From the NCBI GenBank assembly GCA_002269645.1, contig NIVC01004227.1, positions 1 through 54,099 of the forward strand: a DNA stretch of 54,099 nucleotides, written 5' to 3'. This document shows positions 1 to 32,197 of the stretch, one piece after another. The translations under genes and the position numbers were made by a program. This DNA is from Macrostomum lignano. Its lineage: Eukaryota. The notes below the pieces were generated by a model. The model was not told the origin of the DNA. It searched no databases and worked only from the letters and a program-made list of their open reading frames with translations. How positions within the stretch are numbered: the first letter of the stretch is position 1; every line of letters starts with the position of its first letter.

Positions 1-683
1 AGACAAAGAATAGGATTCAGATCAAGAACTAAAATAGAAAAAATACCACAGAAAAACGATTGCACTGAAACAGATTTGATAGACAAAATAGATAAGGACA
101 CGATTTGTCAGAATAATTTTTAGCAGCAAATAGCAGCAAAGGCAAAGAAGAAAATCAATTTGTTCTGCTTGCTTTAATAAAAGTAAAAAAGCGCCAGTGC
201 GAGCTGTGTAACTCTTCTGATTTCGATGAAGACATTTCTGCCCCGCTTGTGCCTGTCACTCATGTAATTAAGATTATGTTTGCTACAATTGTTTTGCAGT
301 CATTTTATAGTGCTTCTCTTCACATCTTAAGAAAAAGACCGTGACCAATAAATCAATAATTAAAACGGATTAATATTTAATCGCCGACTTAATACGAGGA
401 CAGGCAAAGGTAGGCATTTTTTCGGGTTTACCTCTTCCATACGGTCTGAATCTGCAAGCATTGGAGCAGCAAAGAGATCAGTTGAGGATCAATGGTGGCA
501 GGGTTAATGAGATTAAAGGAACTCAATTTGTATGCAAGTCAGCAGTGGTTGAGCACAGTAAAGCACAACATCAGCTAGCTTGGGATTCAAAGCGATATGG
601 ATTCGGTTGATTGCTAGCTCAGGTGTTTGCTAAGCTGTTCTACATGACCAACTTCTCAGAGCTGAGTTTGGCGATGGACTCAC

Positions 684-21745
<21,062 letters not shown>

Positions 21746-23053
21746 CCTGCTTCGCAGGCCTGGCCGCCCGTCAGACACCGCAGGCTGAAGGTTTCCACAG
21801 CCCGCCAGATCCCCGACGGGCTCGCAAATATTCCGGCCTTCAATTGTTAGGATTGGACGGCCAAGCAGGACGCCGTGTGCTGCCGCTAGTCGGCTATTGG
21901 GTGCCAGCCCGGTGCCCGCCAATGAGGCAGGTGTGGGTGCCTGCAGCTTTGAGACAAAGCTGGCTCGTATTCTAAAAAAACCTGGCACTCTGCTCGATGC
22001 TCTCTGGCCTCGTGACGCAGTTCAGCTGCCAGCATCTTCCTTAATAGCCGAACGAATGCGTGCAATCGATGCTAATCGATTGTTAATCCCGAAGTCTGCA
22101 ACTTAGGCAGTTCAGTTGATCAGCTCCCTAGCGATTAAAAACTCTAAACTGCCATCCGAGGACGCACCGGAAGTGCCCCATTTTGGCCGCTAGAGCTATC
22201 TCCAATGCTCTGATTGCTCTATAATTCCGTATTATCCACTTCCCGAATCCCGAGCTCAATGTCGAATTTCGATGAATAAATTTGGTTCCGATAGTCAATA
22301 GCCCTGAGAGACATTAAATGGCAGATCTGATTAGTGAGGCTGATCTGATCTGATTGGGGGCAGTCCAAGAGACACTTGAATTTCATCGCCAGAAAGCTTT
22401 GAGTTAAATTGGCTGGGCCCGCGCTCGCTCAGTGCCAAAAAAGCATTCTTGCAGCTTTCTTGCCGCTATATGCTTCAATGACAGTGATGAAGACCCGGCA
22501 GGGGATCAGAGGGGCATTGATGGCATGATTAACGACCTCAGGCCGGGCACTAATACGGCTACTGCGCACCTATCGAGCACATAGGTATTAATTATGATTC
22601 AAACTGACACAGTTAATCAGCATGCCAAAGAAAGCCAAACCGCTCTGAATAGAAGAGATTTGTCAACTCCAGCCCAAAACTGTGACAAAGTTCTTGCTTC
22701 CCTACACATCCTCACTTAAGGTCATTCGTTTTGTCATCAGTCGCCACGATAATTTATTACCCTTGATCCAGTTTCCAGGGCGCCAAAACACGGAAAACAA
22801 ATTGCGGTATAGTAAATTCACCCGCATACAAAATATTAATTTTAGCAGGGCTCACAGCTGAAATTGCCTTCTAGTTTTGTCATTAACAAAACAAAATCAT
22901 GGACTCTTCAAACTTTAACTAGGTTATTAAAACTGTAACAGTTTTGGGAGGATAAATGTTAACCTGAACAATTGAAATCAAATGTAGTTTTGTTAAATTT
23001 CAATTTCTAAATTTCCAGAAGTCTCAAATCACGCTAAACAGGCCATTTTGCTA

Positions 23054-23464
23054 CTAAAAGTAGTTGATCTTAGCCGGGTATTCGGCGTACACTATCCGAG
23101 CTTCGTATTTCCGGTCGGAATAGTATTCCTTGTCCACTACAGAGAGCACTAGGTAGACGCTGCCGGGCGGCATGAAGGCCAGCTCGCCAGGCTCCAGGAT
23201 GGTGCTGTAGTGATCGAACCGCAGCTCAACATAGCCGGTGATCACGCCCACCAGAGTCATGGCTGACCGGCGCTGGCTAATGTTGACAGGCGCCTTGAGG
23301 CTGTCAGTCGATAGAGGCTTGTTGATGTTCTGCCGGATAGTGCAGCACCGATCGATAAGCTTATTGATGAGTTCGTCCGGTCGGAACGGATCGAAGTACT
23401 CTTTGACGTACAGGCCCATGATGATCTCGGCGTCATCGAAGTGGCGAGTCTGCAACCTTTTCAT
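23054..23464 (-). CDS. Intronless 136-aa hypothetical protein with a cupin-like motif
   Basis: Open frame with a true ATG in A-rich context (CAAACAAACAATG) and GC-rich codon usage against AT-rich flanks. The segment VITGYVELRFDHYSTILEPGELAFMPPGSVY resembles the cupin beta-barrel signature. Confidence 0.6.
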   Translation of the reverse strand: MKRLQTRHFDDAEIIMGLYVKEYFDPFRPDELINKLIDRCCTIRQNINKPLSTDSLKAPVNISQRRSAMTLVGVITGYVELRFDHYSTILEPGELAFMPPGSVYLVLSVVDKEYYSDRKYEARIVYAEYPAKINYF

Positions 23465-23589
23465 TGTTTGTTTGCGAGTGTTTGATTAAGTATGTAGTTG
23501 AGCGTAGTTGCATGAATACGTATGGATTAAGAAATAATAGCTTGCCCATAATAGTCTATGGTTTTTTCACGATTTGCATTACATGCACT

Positions 23590-25450
23590 TAGCTGCTGGG
23601 GGGTCCATGAGAATTGCCCACAGTGCATTTTGCCCGTGAGCGAATTTCCCGCCGAGAATTGCCCGCCGAATTTTTTCCCGCCGAGAGTTGCCCGCCGAAC
23701 ATTGCCCGCCGAGAGTTGCCCGCCGAATTTTTTCCCGCCGAGAATTGCCCGCCGAATTTTTTCCCGCCGAGAATTGCCCGCCGAATTTTTTCCCGCCGAG
23801 AATTGCCCGCCGAATTTTTTCCCGCCGAGAATTGCCCGCCGAATTTTTTCCCGCCGAGCCGAATAGAATTGCCCGCCGAACATTGCCCGCAACATTGTTG
23901 CGTGCTATTTGACCGCGAGTGAATTGCCCGCAATGCTTTTTTACTGTAGCGCATTTTAGCCACGCGGCAGATTCTGTCTGCATTGCCTGCCCACTGCTTA
24001 GTAAGTCTTAATAAAAAGATTTACCCCATCAAAAAATTTTTGATAGTAACTGCATATCAAATTCATATTTTTCTTTTAGGTATTCAGTTCTATATACATG
24101 CAGGGGTACATCGGTGAGCTATTAATTCATGCATATGCCGTGTCGCTTTGTCCCCCAAATCTCTTTATTAAGACATACGCAGTACCCAACATGGGGGGTG
24201 CAGACAGAATATAGTTGCCGTGGCGAAATGCGCTGCAGCATTGCATTGCGGGCAAACCTCGGTGGGAAAAAACTCGGCGGGCAATTCACTCGCGGGCAAT
24301 TCACTCGCGGGCAATTCACTCGCGGGCAATTCACTCGCGGGCAATTCACTCGCGGGCAATTCACTCGCGGGCAATTCACTCGCGGGCAATTCACTCGCGG
24401 GCAATTCACTCGCGGGCAATTCACTCGCGGGCAATTCACTCGCGGGCAATTCACTCGCGGGCAATTCACTCGCGGGCAATTCACTCGCGGGCAATTCACT
24501 CGCGGGCAATTCACTCGCGGGCAATTCACTCGCGGGCAATTCACTCGCGGGCAATTCACTCGCGGGCAATTCACTCGCGGGCAATTCACTCGCGGGCAAT
24601 TCACTCGCGGGCAATTCACTCGCGGGCAATTCACTCGCGGGCAATTCACTCGCGGGCAATTCACTCGCGGGCAATTCACTCGCGGGCAATTCACTCGCGG
24701 GCAATTCACTCGCGGGCAATTCACTCGCGGGCAATTCACTCGCGGGCAATTCACTCGCGGGCAATTCACTCGCGGGCAATTCACTCGCGGGCAATTCACT
24801 CGCGGGCAATTCACTCGCGGGCAATTCACTCGCGGGCAATTCACTCGCGGGCAATTCACTCGCGGGCAATTCACTCGCGGGCAATTCACTCGCGGGCAAT
24901 TCACTCGCGGGCAATTCACTCGCGGTCAATTCACTCGCGGTCAATTCACTCGCGGTCAATTCACTCGCGGGAAATTCACTCGCGGGCAATTCACTCGCGG
25001 GCAATTCACTCGCGGGCAATTCACTCGCGGGCAAATTGCACTGCGGGCAAATCTCGGCGGGCAATTCTCGGCGGGCAATGTTCGGCGGGCAATGTTCGGT
25101 GGGCAATGTTCGGCGGGCAATGTTCGGCGGGCAATATTCGGCGGGCAATTCTCGGCGGGCAATGTTCGGCGGGCAATGTTCGGCGGGCAATGTTCGGCGG
25201 GCAATGTTCGGCGGGCAATGTTCGGCGGGCAATGTTCGGCGGGCAATGTTCGGCGGGCAATGTTCGGCGGGCAATGTTCGGCGGGGAATGTTCGGCGGGC
25301 AATGTTCGGCGGGCAATGTTCGGCGGGCAATTCTTGGCGGGCAATGTTCGGCGGGCAATTCTCGGCGGGCAATTCTCGTGCTCCCCTGCTGGGGTGGTCC
25401 GTAGACAGCGGGGAGGCGAGGGAAGCCCATTCCGCTACATCATTGCTCGT
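23590..25450 (-). mobile_element. 68-bp mini-retroposon (LINE 3' hairpin only), split by the foldback element
   Basis: Removing 23601-25393 restores ...TAGCGGAATGGGCTTCCCTCGCCTCCCCGCTGTCTACGGACCACCCCAGCAGCTA, which matches the LINE 3' end (ACCCCTGCAGCTAAG). Flanked by ATGCACT at 23583-23589 and 25451-25457. Confidence 0.7.
23601..25385. mobile_element. Non-autonomous foldback-type DNA transposon with satellite arms
   Basis: Termini GGGTCCATGAGAATTGCCC and rc GGGAGCACGAGAATTGCCC. Direct repeat CTGCTGGG at 23593-23600 and 25386-25393. Left arm (23601-~23990) is made of 14-bp GCCCGCCG units and is inverted relative to the right arm (~24195-25385), which has ~50 perfect TTCACTCGCGGGCAA 15-mers plus 14-mers. 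The inner arm ends are also inverted (TGCAGACAGAAT). No transposase ORF. Confidence 0.82.
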
Positions 25451-25614
25451 ATGCACTGCATGCTTCACTTTGCCGCAAAATTTGTCTTGATTTATGTCTA
25501 TATGTTGCAACTAACGAAGTTATATAACAGTTAAATGATTAAATTTCGGTAAAAGTACTGAGTGTTAACCGGACTTATGAAATAAAAAATTGCAAGAGGT
25601 TTCTGTGCACCCGT

Positions 25615-26798
25615 TCAGCGACATCGTCCCACAACCGGCGCTGACGGCAATTCTGTCCATTCCGCTGCCTCCTGAATACATGCAAGCGCGCCAGTACTGT
25701 ACTCAGGCACGCACTCATGCACACGCTCACACAGGGTGTACAGCGGCTTTCTAGTTCTGCTAGCCATGTACACTCTCTGTGCCTTGAAGGTTGGCCATCA
25801 TGGGTGTGAATCGAACCAGATAGCTGTGACGTGAGAGTCAGACGTGAGAGTCAGATGTGAGAGTCAGACGTGAGAGTCAGATGTGAGAGTCAGACGTGAG
25901 AGTCAGATGTGAGACAGATGTGAGAGTCAGATGTGAGAGTCAGATGTGTGAGTCAGACGTGAGAGTCAGATGTGAGAGTCAGACGGGAGAGTCAGATGTG
26001 AGAGTCAGACGGGAGAGTCAGATGTGAGAGTCAGACGAGAGAGGCGGACGCAAGAGTCAGACGAGAGAGGCGGACGCAAGAGTCAGATGTGAGAGTCAGA
26101 TGTGAGAGTCAGACGTGAGAGTCAGACGTGAGAGTCAGACGAGAGAGGCAGACGGGAGAGTCAGACGGAAGACAGTCAGATGTGAGAGTCAGACGGGAGA
26201 GTCAGACGTGAGAGTCATGTGAGAGTCAGACGGGAGAGTTAGATGTGAGAGTCAGACGGGAGAGTCAGATGTGAGAGTCAGACGGGAGAGTCAGACAGGA
26301 GAGTCAGATAGATGTGAGAGTCAGACGTGAGAGTCAGAGGGGAGAGTCAGACGTGAGAGTCAGACGGGAGAGTCAGATGTGAGAGTCAGACGTGAGAGTC
26401 AGACGTGAGAGTCAGACGAGAGAGGCAGACGGGAGAGTCAGACGGAAGACAGTCAGATGTGAGAGTCAGACGGGAGAGTCAGACGTGAGAGTCATGTGAG
26501 AGTCAGACGGGAGAGTTAGATGTGAGAGTCAGACGGGAGAGTCAGATGTGAGAGTCAGACGGGAGAGTCAAACGGGAGAGTCAGATGTGAGAGTCAGACG
26601 GGAGAGTCAGATGTGAGAGTCAGACGGGAGAGTCAGACAGCAGAGTCAGATAGATGTGAGAGTCAGACGTGAGAGTCAGACGGGAGAGTCAGACGTGAGA
26701 GTCAGACGGGAGAGTCAGATGTGAGAGTCAGACGGAGAGTCAGATGTGAGAGTCAGACGTGAGAGTCAGACGTGTTTACCACTGAGCTGCTCTGTCCC
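25615..26798 (-). mobile_element. SINE family 2 full-length copy whose tRNA head is interrupted by a 13-bp satellite
   Basis: 5' end GGGACAGAGCAGCTCAGTGG (A box at 26779-26789); B box GGTTCGATTC at 25808-25817; the body matches the other family-2 copies. Confidence 0.78.
25830..26772. repeat. Tandem satellite, 13-bp unit (GTGAGAGTCAGAT/C), ~70 copies
   Basis: Direct periodicity; contains duplicated higher-order blocks (e.g. ..GACGGAAGACAGTCAG.. at ~26165 and ~26440). Confidence 0.95.
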
Positions 26799-27469
26799 GG
26801 ATTTAGAACCTGGTCGAAGACCGAATTTGATTGAAAAAAGACTACATCGAATATTACATATATTTGAATGAAACGAGTTTAAAAAGTGTTCTGCGAGGAT
26901 TTTGATACGTAAAGCCTCACAATTATCCGCTGGATGCAAATCGGCGTGGACCAGATTAAACGCTATTAGCTCTATGTTTACAAAATTGCTAATTTTAAAC
27001 ACAGGAGGCTGCCGAAATTTACTGCTTCACTAATTTTATGGCCGCAGATTAACTATATTGGCAGAAATATTTTATTGCCTAACTGTCAATAACTATCCTC
27101 TACATACGTTATTAGATAATCAAGGCTATGTTGAAAAGTTCAAGAATCAAAGGGGCTTTATATGATGATCTTAGTTAATCCACACTTATGTTTCAAACCC
27201 TTTTTAAGAGAAAGTGTGTATTGATTTTATTCATTGAAAATATGAGGGTATTGCGAGCATGTATTGCTACTAACAGTAATTGAAGTGTCTGTACCTCATA
27301 AGCTCGAGGGATTTAAGTGAAATACCGACCTCAAACCCATAGAATATCTTATTTAAACTACTTTAATTTTGCGGGATGTATTCAGATAAATCCCGGAGCC
27401 ATACTTGTATGTCTATGGTTGAAGTTGGGGATGGGGGTGTGGGGGCGAAGCTTCGCCCCCACATTCTTA

Positions 27470-28452
27470 CCATAGACAAATTTTCATTAAGAAATTTCTC
27501 GAGTCACGAAGGAAGAGAAGAGAGAAGCTCGCATATTTAGATACATACAATAATCCTTGCAATATGTCCGGGAAAGTGATCGATTAAATCCTGCAAAATA
27601 AAATCTATGTCAATAACCTCCCTGAAAGTGAGCTTTAAAGTGGTTTAACGCAAAAGACTTACGTCTGCGTTTATTCCGATTTGGAAAATAGACGTTGTTC
27701 TATGGGAAATTCTCTAAAAAATCCCTAATTTATTGATCTAAGACAGGGGGAATATTATAGTTTTCTTTGATCGAAAATTTCCATAATTGGTGCCTAGGAC
27801 TACCTAAGTAGAAGAACGCGAAACTGCGTTTCTTGGGAAAAAAATTGAAGGCAGGTTTTATTGAGAAAAAAGACATTATGATGGGTTTTTCATTAAAGCT
27901 CCATTGATATTCATTCAGATTTTTGTTTAAAAAATAGGATTCTATGTTAATTTATATGTTATGTAAAATCGTACATGCACTGTGCCTGAAAATCATAAAA
28001 ATGGCACAAGCTCGGCTCATTGGCTATATGAATCTACGAGTATTATATGATTGTTAGCTTAATGACTGAATAAAAAAATGTGTAACGGAATGATAAAGTA
28101 TATCTTTTCATTTGGAGGGCTCATTAAGTCATTAGAAGTGACTTTAACAACTGTAATTGCTTGTTTACAATTACAGAAGAAATGTGAAAATATGAGCACC
28201 GAGCAGGGACTATTCAAATAGGACGTCAAATATTCTTGGAAAATTTTAGGAGGCAGCTTTTACTGGAAAAGAAACATTACGGAGGAGAAGTTTTTTTATT
28301 TTTTAGCACAAAACTTTTTATTGCTTTTGATAGGAGGATGTTAAACACACGGACAGCTGGAGTATATAAGGATGCTATACTCGGTTTTCTTAGAAATAAG
28401 CTGGTATGCTCTTGAGAAATCGGATTTCTCTCGGCCGAAAATTTGTCTATGG
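27470..28452. mobile_element. Possible MITE-like element bounded by a 16-bp perfect inverted repeat
   Basis: CCATAGACAAATTTTC at 27470-27485 and GAAAATTTGTCTATGG at 28437-28452. A related end sequence (CAGCGCTGAATGGGATTTCGCCATAGAC) occurs at ~44933-44960. No TSD found. Confidence 0.4.
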
Positions 28453-29574
28453 CGAAACCCCATTCAGCGCTATACGTTCTCTCATAACCCGCCTCCACCT
28501 CATTTCTAAGAAAATCGAATGTAGCGTCCTTCTACTTTAGTTGTCCATGGTTTAACGTCACGTGATGTTCCAGTCAGTTCAGCTGACAACAACTGCATTC
28601 CAGGTGAAAAAAGAACACTGCAATACGCGCACTGTAACTTTCACCCTCCCCACGACAGACTATTAATCGCGTGTGGAACGAAAATTTCTACTCTTCCTGT
28701 AGCACGAGCCTAGCTACCGCCCCGATAGTGACTCCCCCCACTGTTCTTTGCCTCACGCAGGCAAGAGCTCCCCTCTCTCCCTCCTCCCCGCTCAGGCAGG
28801 GCCGGCCCTATCAAGAAAGTGCGCACATGCACTAACTAGGCCTGAGCATCAGACCGTGGCGTCGGCTCTCACCCACTCGCCCAAGGCTTGGAATTCCTTG
28901 CCGCGCTAGCCCCAGTGTCTCTTGTCTGAGTACCTCTCTCTGCCCCGCCTTCTCAAAAATGCACAAGTCATGAAATCAATGTACATTCTACTCCTGCGGA
29001 CCAGACTTGTTGGGGTAAGAGATTCACTAACCCCTATCCTCCAAATGAACGATCTCCAGCTCTGACTCAGCTCACCGCTGCCCACCCCACACTGTCTTCT
29101 GTAGCAGCCCAGCCTGCCCCCCCCCCCAAGCCAGTTTACCAGCCGTAAACGACCCGGGTCGAGGGGTGGGTTTCAGATCAAGCTAAGAAAGGGCGCATCT
29201 GGCCATCTGGCCAAGCGATAAAGCAATTGAGGCCTCTGCTTTGCATTCCTGAATGGTCGAAGCCCCCGCAGTACAGTGCAGCGGACTGCCCAAGCTGCAC
29301 ACAAAAAGAGAAACCGCGAACTCATTTTACTCGCATTCGTCTTTTTCGGTTCATAATTAAGCCGTAGATTTGGTACCCACGCGGTCAGCCAGTCCGATGG
29401 GCCATCGCCACGACCGATAGAAGAGTTTTTGCAAGAACCAGATTGTTTAGCAATCCGAGCCAAGGATGCCAAATCGAATAATCCTAGCTGCTTGAATTTT
29501 TATTTTTTTAGTTAGCATTCTGTTCACCGCTGACAGATCCAGCGAGTCTCAGTCATTGTCAGCAAGCTTTACAA

Positions 29575-32197
29575 ATGAACGACTCAAAGAATGGAGGCGG
29601 AAGTCTCGGCAGAAGGCCGCCGCCGCCGCAGCCGCCACCGCCGCAGTCGGTGTGGGCTACGCCGGACATTGTGCCGCTGACGCCACCGCAAGCCGCTGCA
29701 GCTTCTGCGAGTCCCAGCAGCGCTGGGAAAGTCGGGCAGGCGCCGCGAAGCGTCACCCTACGACGGCCGGCTGGCGGCGGCGGCCTCGGCTTCAACATTG
29801 TCGGCGGCGAGGCACCAGGCGAGCCTATCTATGTCAGCGCGACGACGCCAGGCGGCCCAGCCGACAGGCCGGGTGGTCTGCTCCGCGGCGACCAGCTGCT
29901 GAGCGTCAACGGCGTCGACTTGACGTCGGCAAGTCACGATCAGGCGGTGCAAGCTTTGAAAAAATCTGGCGACCCGGCCCGCCTGCAGGTTGTGTACAGG
30001 CCGGACGAATACCAGCGATTCGAGGAGCAAGAGGCCGAGTCGCCGACGTCGACAGAGCAGCCTCAGCCGCAGTCTCAGCCGCAGCCTCAGCCGCAGTCTC
30101 AGCCGCAGTCTCAGTCTCGGCCGCAGCGCCAGCCTCCGCCGTACGCGACACTGCCACGAGCAGGAGTGGCTGCGGTGCCGTCGTCTGTAAGCGGTCGCGG
30201 CACACTGCGCACCACCCAGAAGCGAAGCCTCTACGTGCGCGCGCTGTTTGACTACGATCCGGCTAAGGATGCCGGCCTGCCTAGCAGAGGTCTGGCGTTC
30301 CGGCGAGGTGACATTCTGCACGTTGTCAACGCGTCTGACAGTGAGTGGTGGCAGGCCAGAAGACTGGCCCCTGGCGAGCCCGATCAGGTAAGTACATGCA
30401 CACCGTCGCGCTGAACTTATTCGTCTAAATGAGAGCTGGTCTGATATACAAGTACATCTAGAAAATAAAAGATCTAGAAAAGAAGAGTTTCTATCTGGTG
30501 CCTCAACATCTATCAAATGAATTGAAAGACGTCTTCTACCGCAATATGAGCTCCGCAAGATCGACCGTAGAAGGGTGTTTTCTGTAGTCTCAGGATCTGC
30601 CAAATACGCTCGTAATTTAATTGGGTCACTTGCGTTGTCTGTAGTCTCAAGATCTACCGATTAATAGAACTGTCTGTAGTCTCAAGATCTACCATTAATA
30701 GAAATGTCTGTAGTCTCAAGATCTACCATTAATAGAAATGTCTGTAGTCTCAAGATCTACCATTAATAGAAGTGGCTGTAGTCTCAAGATCTACCATAAT
30801 GGAGGTCTCTAACGTCTCCAGCTATCTGTCGAATTGATCCTGAGTGGCAAAAATCTACCGAATAAAATAAAAACCGTTCGGATGAGCTTAAAAAATCCAC
30901 AATTCTGCGCGTTCATTCTCAGGCAAGCATGGGAATCATCCCATCCAAGCGGCGGGTGGAACGACGCGAGCGATCGAAGCAGAGACGGGTTAACTTCAAC
31001 AGCCGCCTGAGCTCGCAATCGTCCGGTCCGCCGCTCTCGCCCTCGATGGGCTCCTCTGCAGCGGCTTCGTCGACATTGGCAGCATCGCCTGACGGCTCGG
31101 TGGACCGGAAGAAGTCTGGCTCGCTGCTGCGCCGGCTGCACAGCGGCAGCGGTAGAGCGGCCGCCAGTGGGGACGACTCGTCATCAGACGACGCATCGGG
31201 TTCTTCAGCGCCGCTAGTGCCAACTTACAAAGCTGTGCAGCAGTCCAAGCTCAGCCTAGCCAAGCCGGTGATCCTGCTCGGCCCGCTGAAGGACTACTTG
31301 ACGGACGCTCTGCCGGCGGCTCTGCCTGGCAGGTTTGACCAGTGCGTGCCGCACACCACTAGACAGCCGCGGGACGGCGAAGTGGACGGCCGTGATTATC
31401 ACTTTGTTGCCAGCCGGGAACAGATGGAGCGGGAAATCTCCAGCCAGCTGTTTGTCGAGGCCGGCCAGTACAACGGCAATCTGTACGGCACCTCGCTGGC
31501 CAGCGTGCGTCGCGTGGCCGAGTCTGGTCGGCACTGCCTGCTTGACGTGTCCGGCGGCGCTATACACAGACTGGAGTCGGCCGGCCTGCCTCCGATCGTA
31601 TTGTTTGTGCGGCCCGCCTCCGTGCAGAACATTCTGGAGCTGAAGCCGGGCATTGCCGAGGATCAAGCGGCCAAGATGTACGATAGGGCCGTTAAATTGG
31701 AAGTGGAGTTTGGAAACCTTTTTACAGGTGAGAGAAAAAGTAATGGTTTGTGGAGGATTCGCATTTCAGCTGTTGCCAGCGGATGACAAGCGAGGGGGTA
31801 TACAAACTGTAGATGTGAGAGGGAGACAGTCTAATACCTAACCGCTCCATACAGAGGGAGACAACCTACTTCCCGCTCCATAGGTGAGAGGGAGATAGAC
31901 TAGTTACTATACCGAAAATACAGTTCATGTAAGGGCCTACTATACATGTACACCAGGTGTGCATGCAGATGCAAGTTAGGGGTCATCAACCTGATCCATA
32001 GTGAAGAAGCTGCTTCGTACAGTGCTTATTTATATATAGAGCCAGACTAACTTGTCCATTCCTCACCCGGCAACTGTAACACCGCAGCCGTATTATCCGG
32101 ACGTACTCCGGACGAGATTCTCGGCCAGGCACAACAGGCGATCAACCGTCACGCGGACGAGCCAGTCTGGGTGGCCATCAAAGATGAGCAGATCTGA
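29575..32197 (+). CDS. DLG-like: Discs-large (DLG/PSD-95)-type MAGUK, short form: PDZ-SH3-HOOK-guanylate kinase-like, 575 aa
   Basis: Exons 29575-30387, 30923-31727, 32088-32197; phases consistent, ends [25 protein letters not shown]...[12 protein letters not shown]; SH3 [46 protein letters not shown]; [28 protein letters not shown]...[13 protein letters not shown]. These are DLG-specific motifs. Confidence 0.92.
30580..30800. repeat. Tandem repeat, 34-bp unit (CTGTAGTCTCAAGATCTACCATTAATAGAAATGT), ~5-6 copies, in DLG intron 1
   Basis: Direct periodicity. Confidence 0.9.

Noticed and set aside
431-452. Possible further ITPR micro-exon (CTTGCAG|ATTCAGACCGTATGGAAGAG|GTAAAC)
   Set aside because: The splice signals are plausible, but there is no recognisable homology and the next exon is outside the window, so the phase cannot be tested.
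21746-21988. 82-aa N-terminal extension of ITPR
   Set aside because: It depends on a non-ATG start, and family similarity begins at MMNSGFVCIGD (21745).
24122-25534. Long ORFs (VNCPR, GQFTR, ELPAS, AIHSR, NSLAG repeats) as proteins
   Set aside because: They are artefacts of stop-free 15-bp satellite units that are open in all frames on both strands.
29556-31666. Antisense and alternate-frame ORFs over DLG (and similar ones over ITPR exons)
   Set aside because: They are expected shadows of GC-rich coding sequence and carry no independent motifs.
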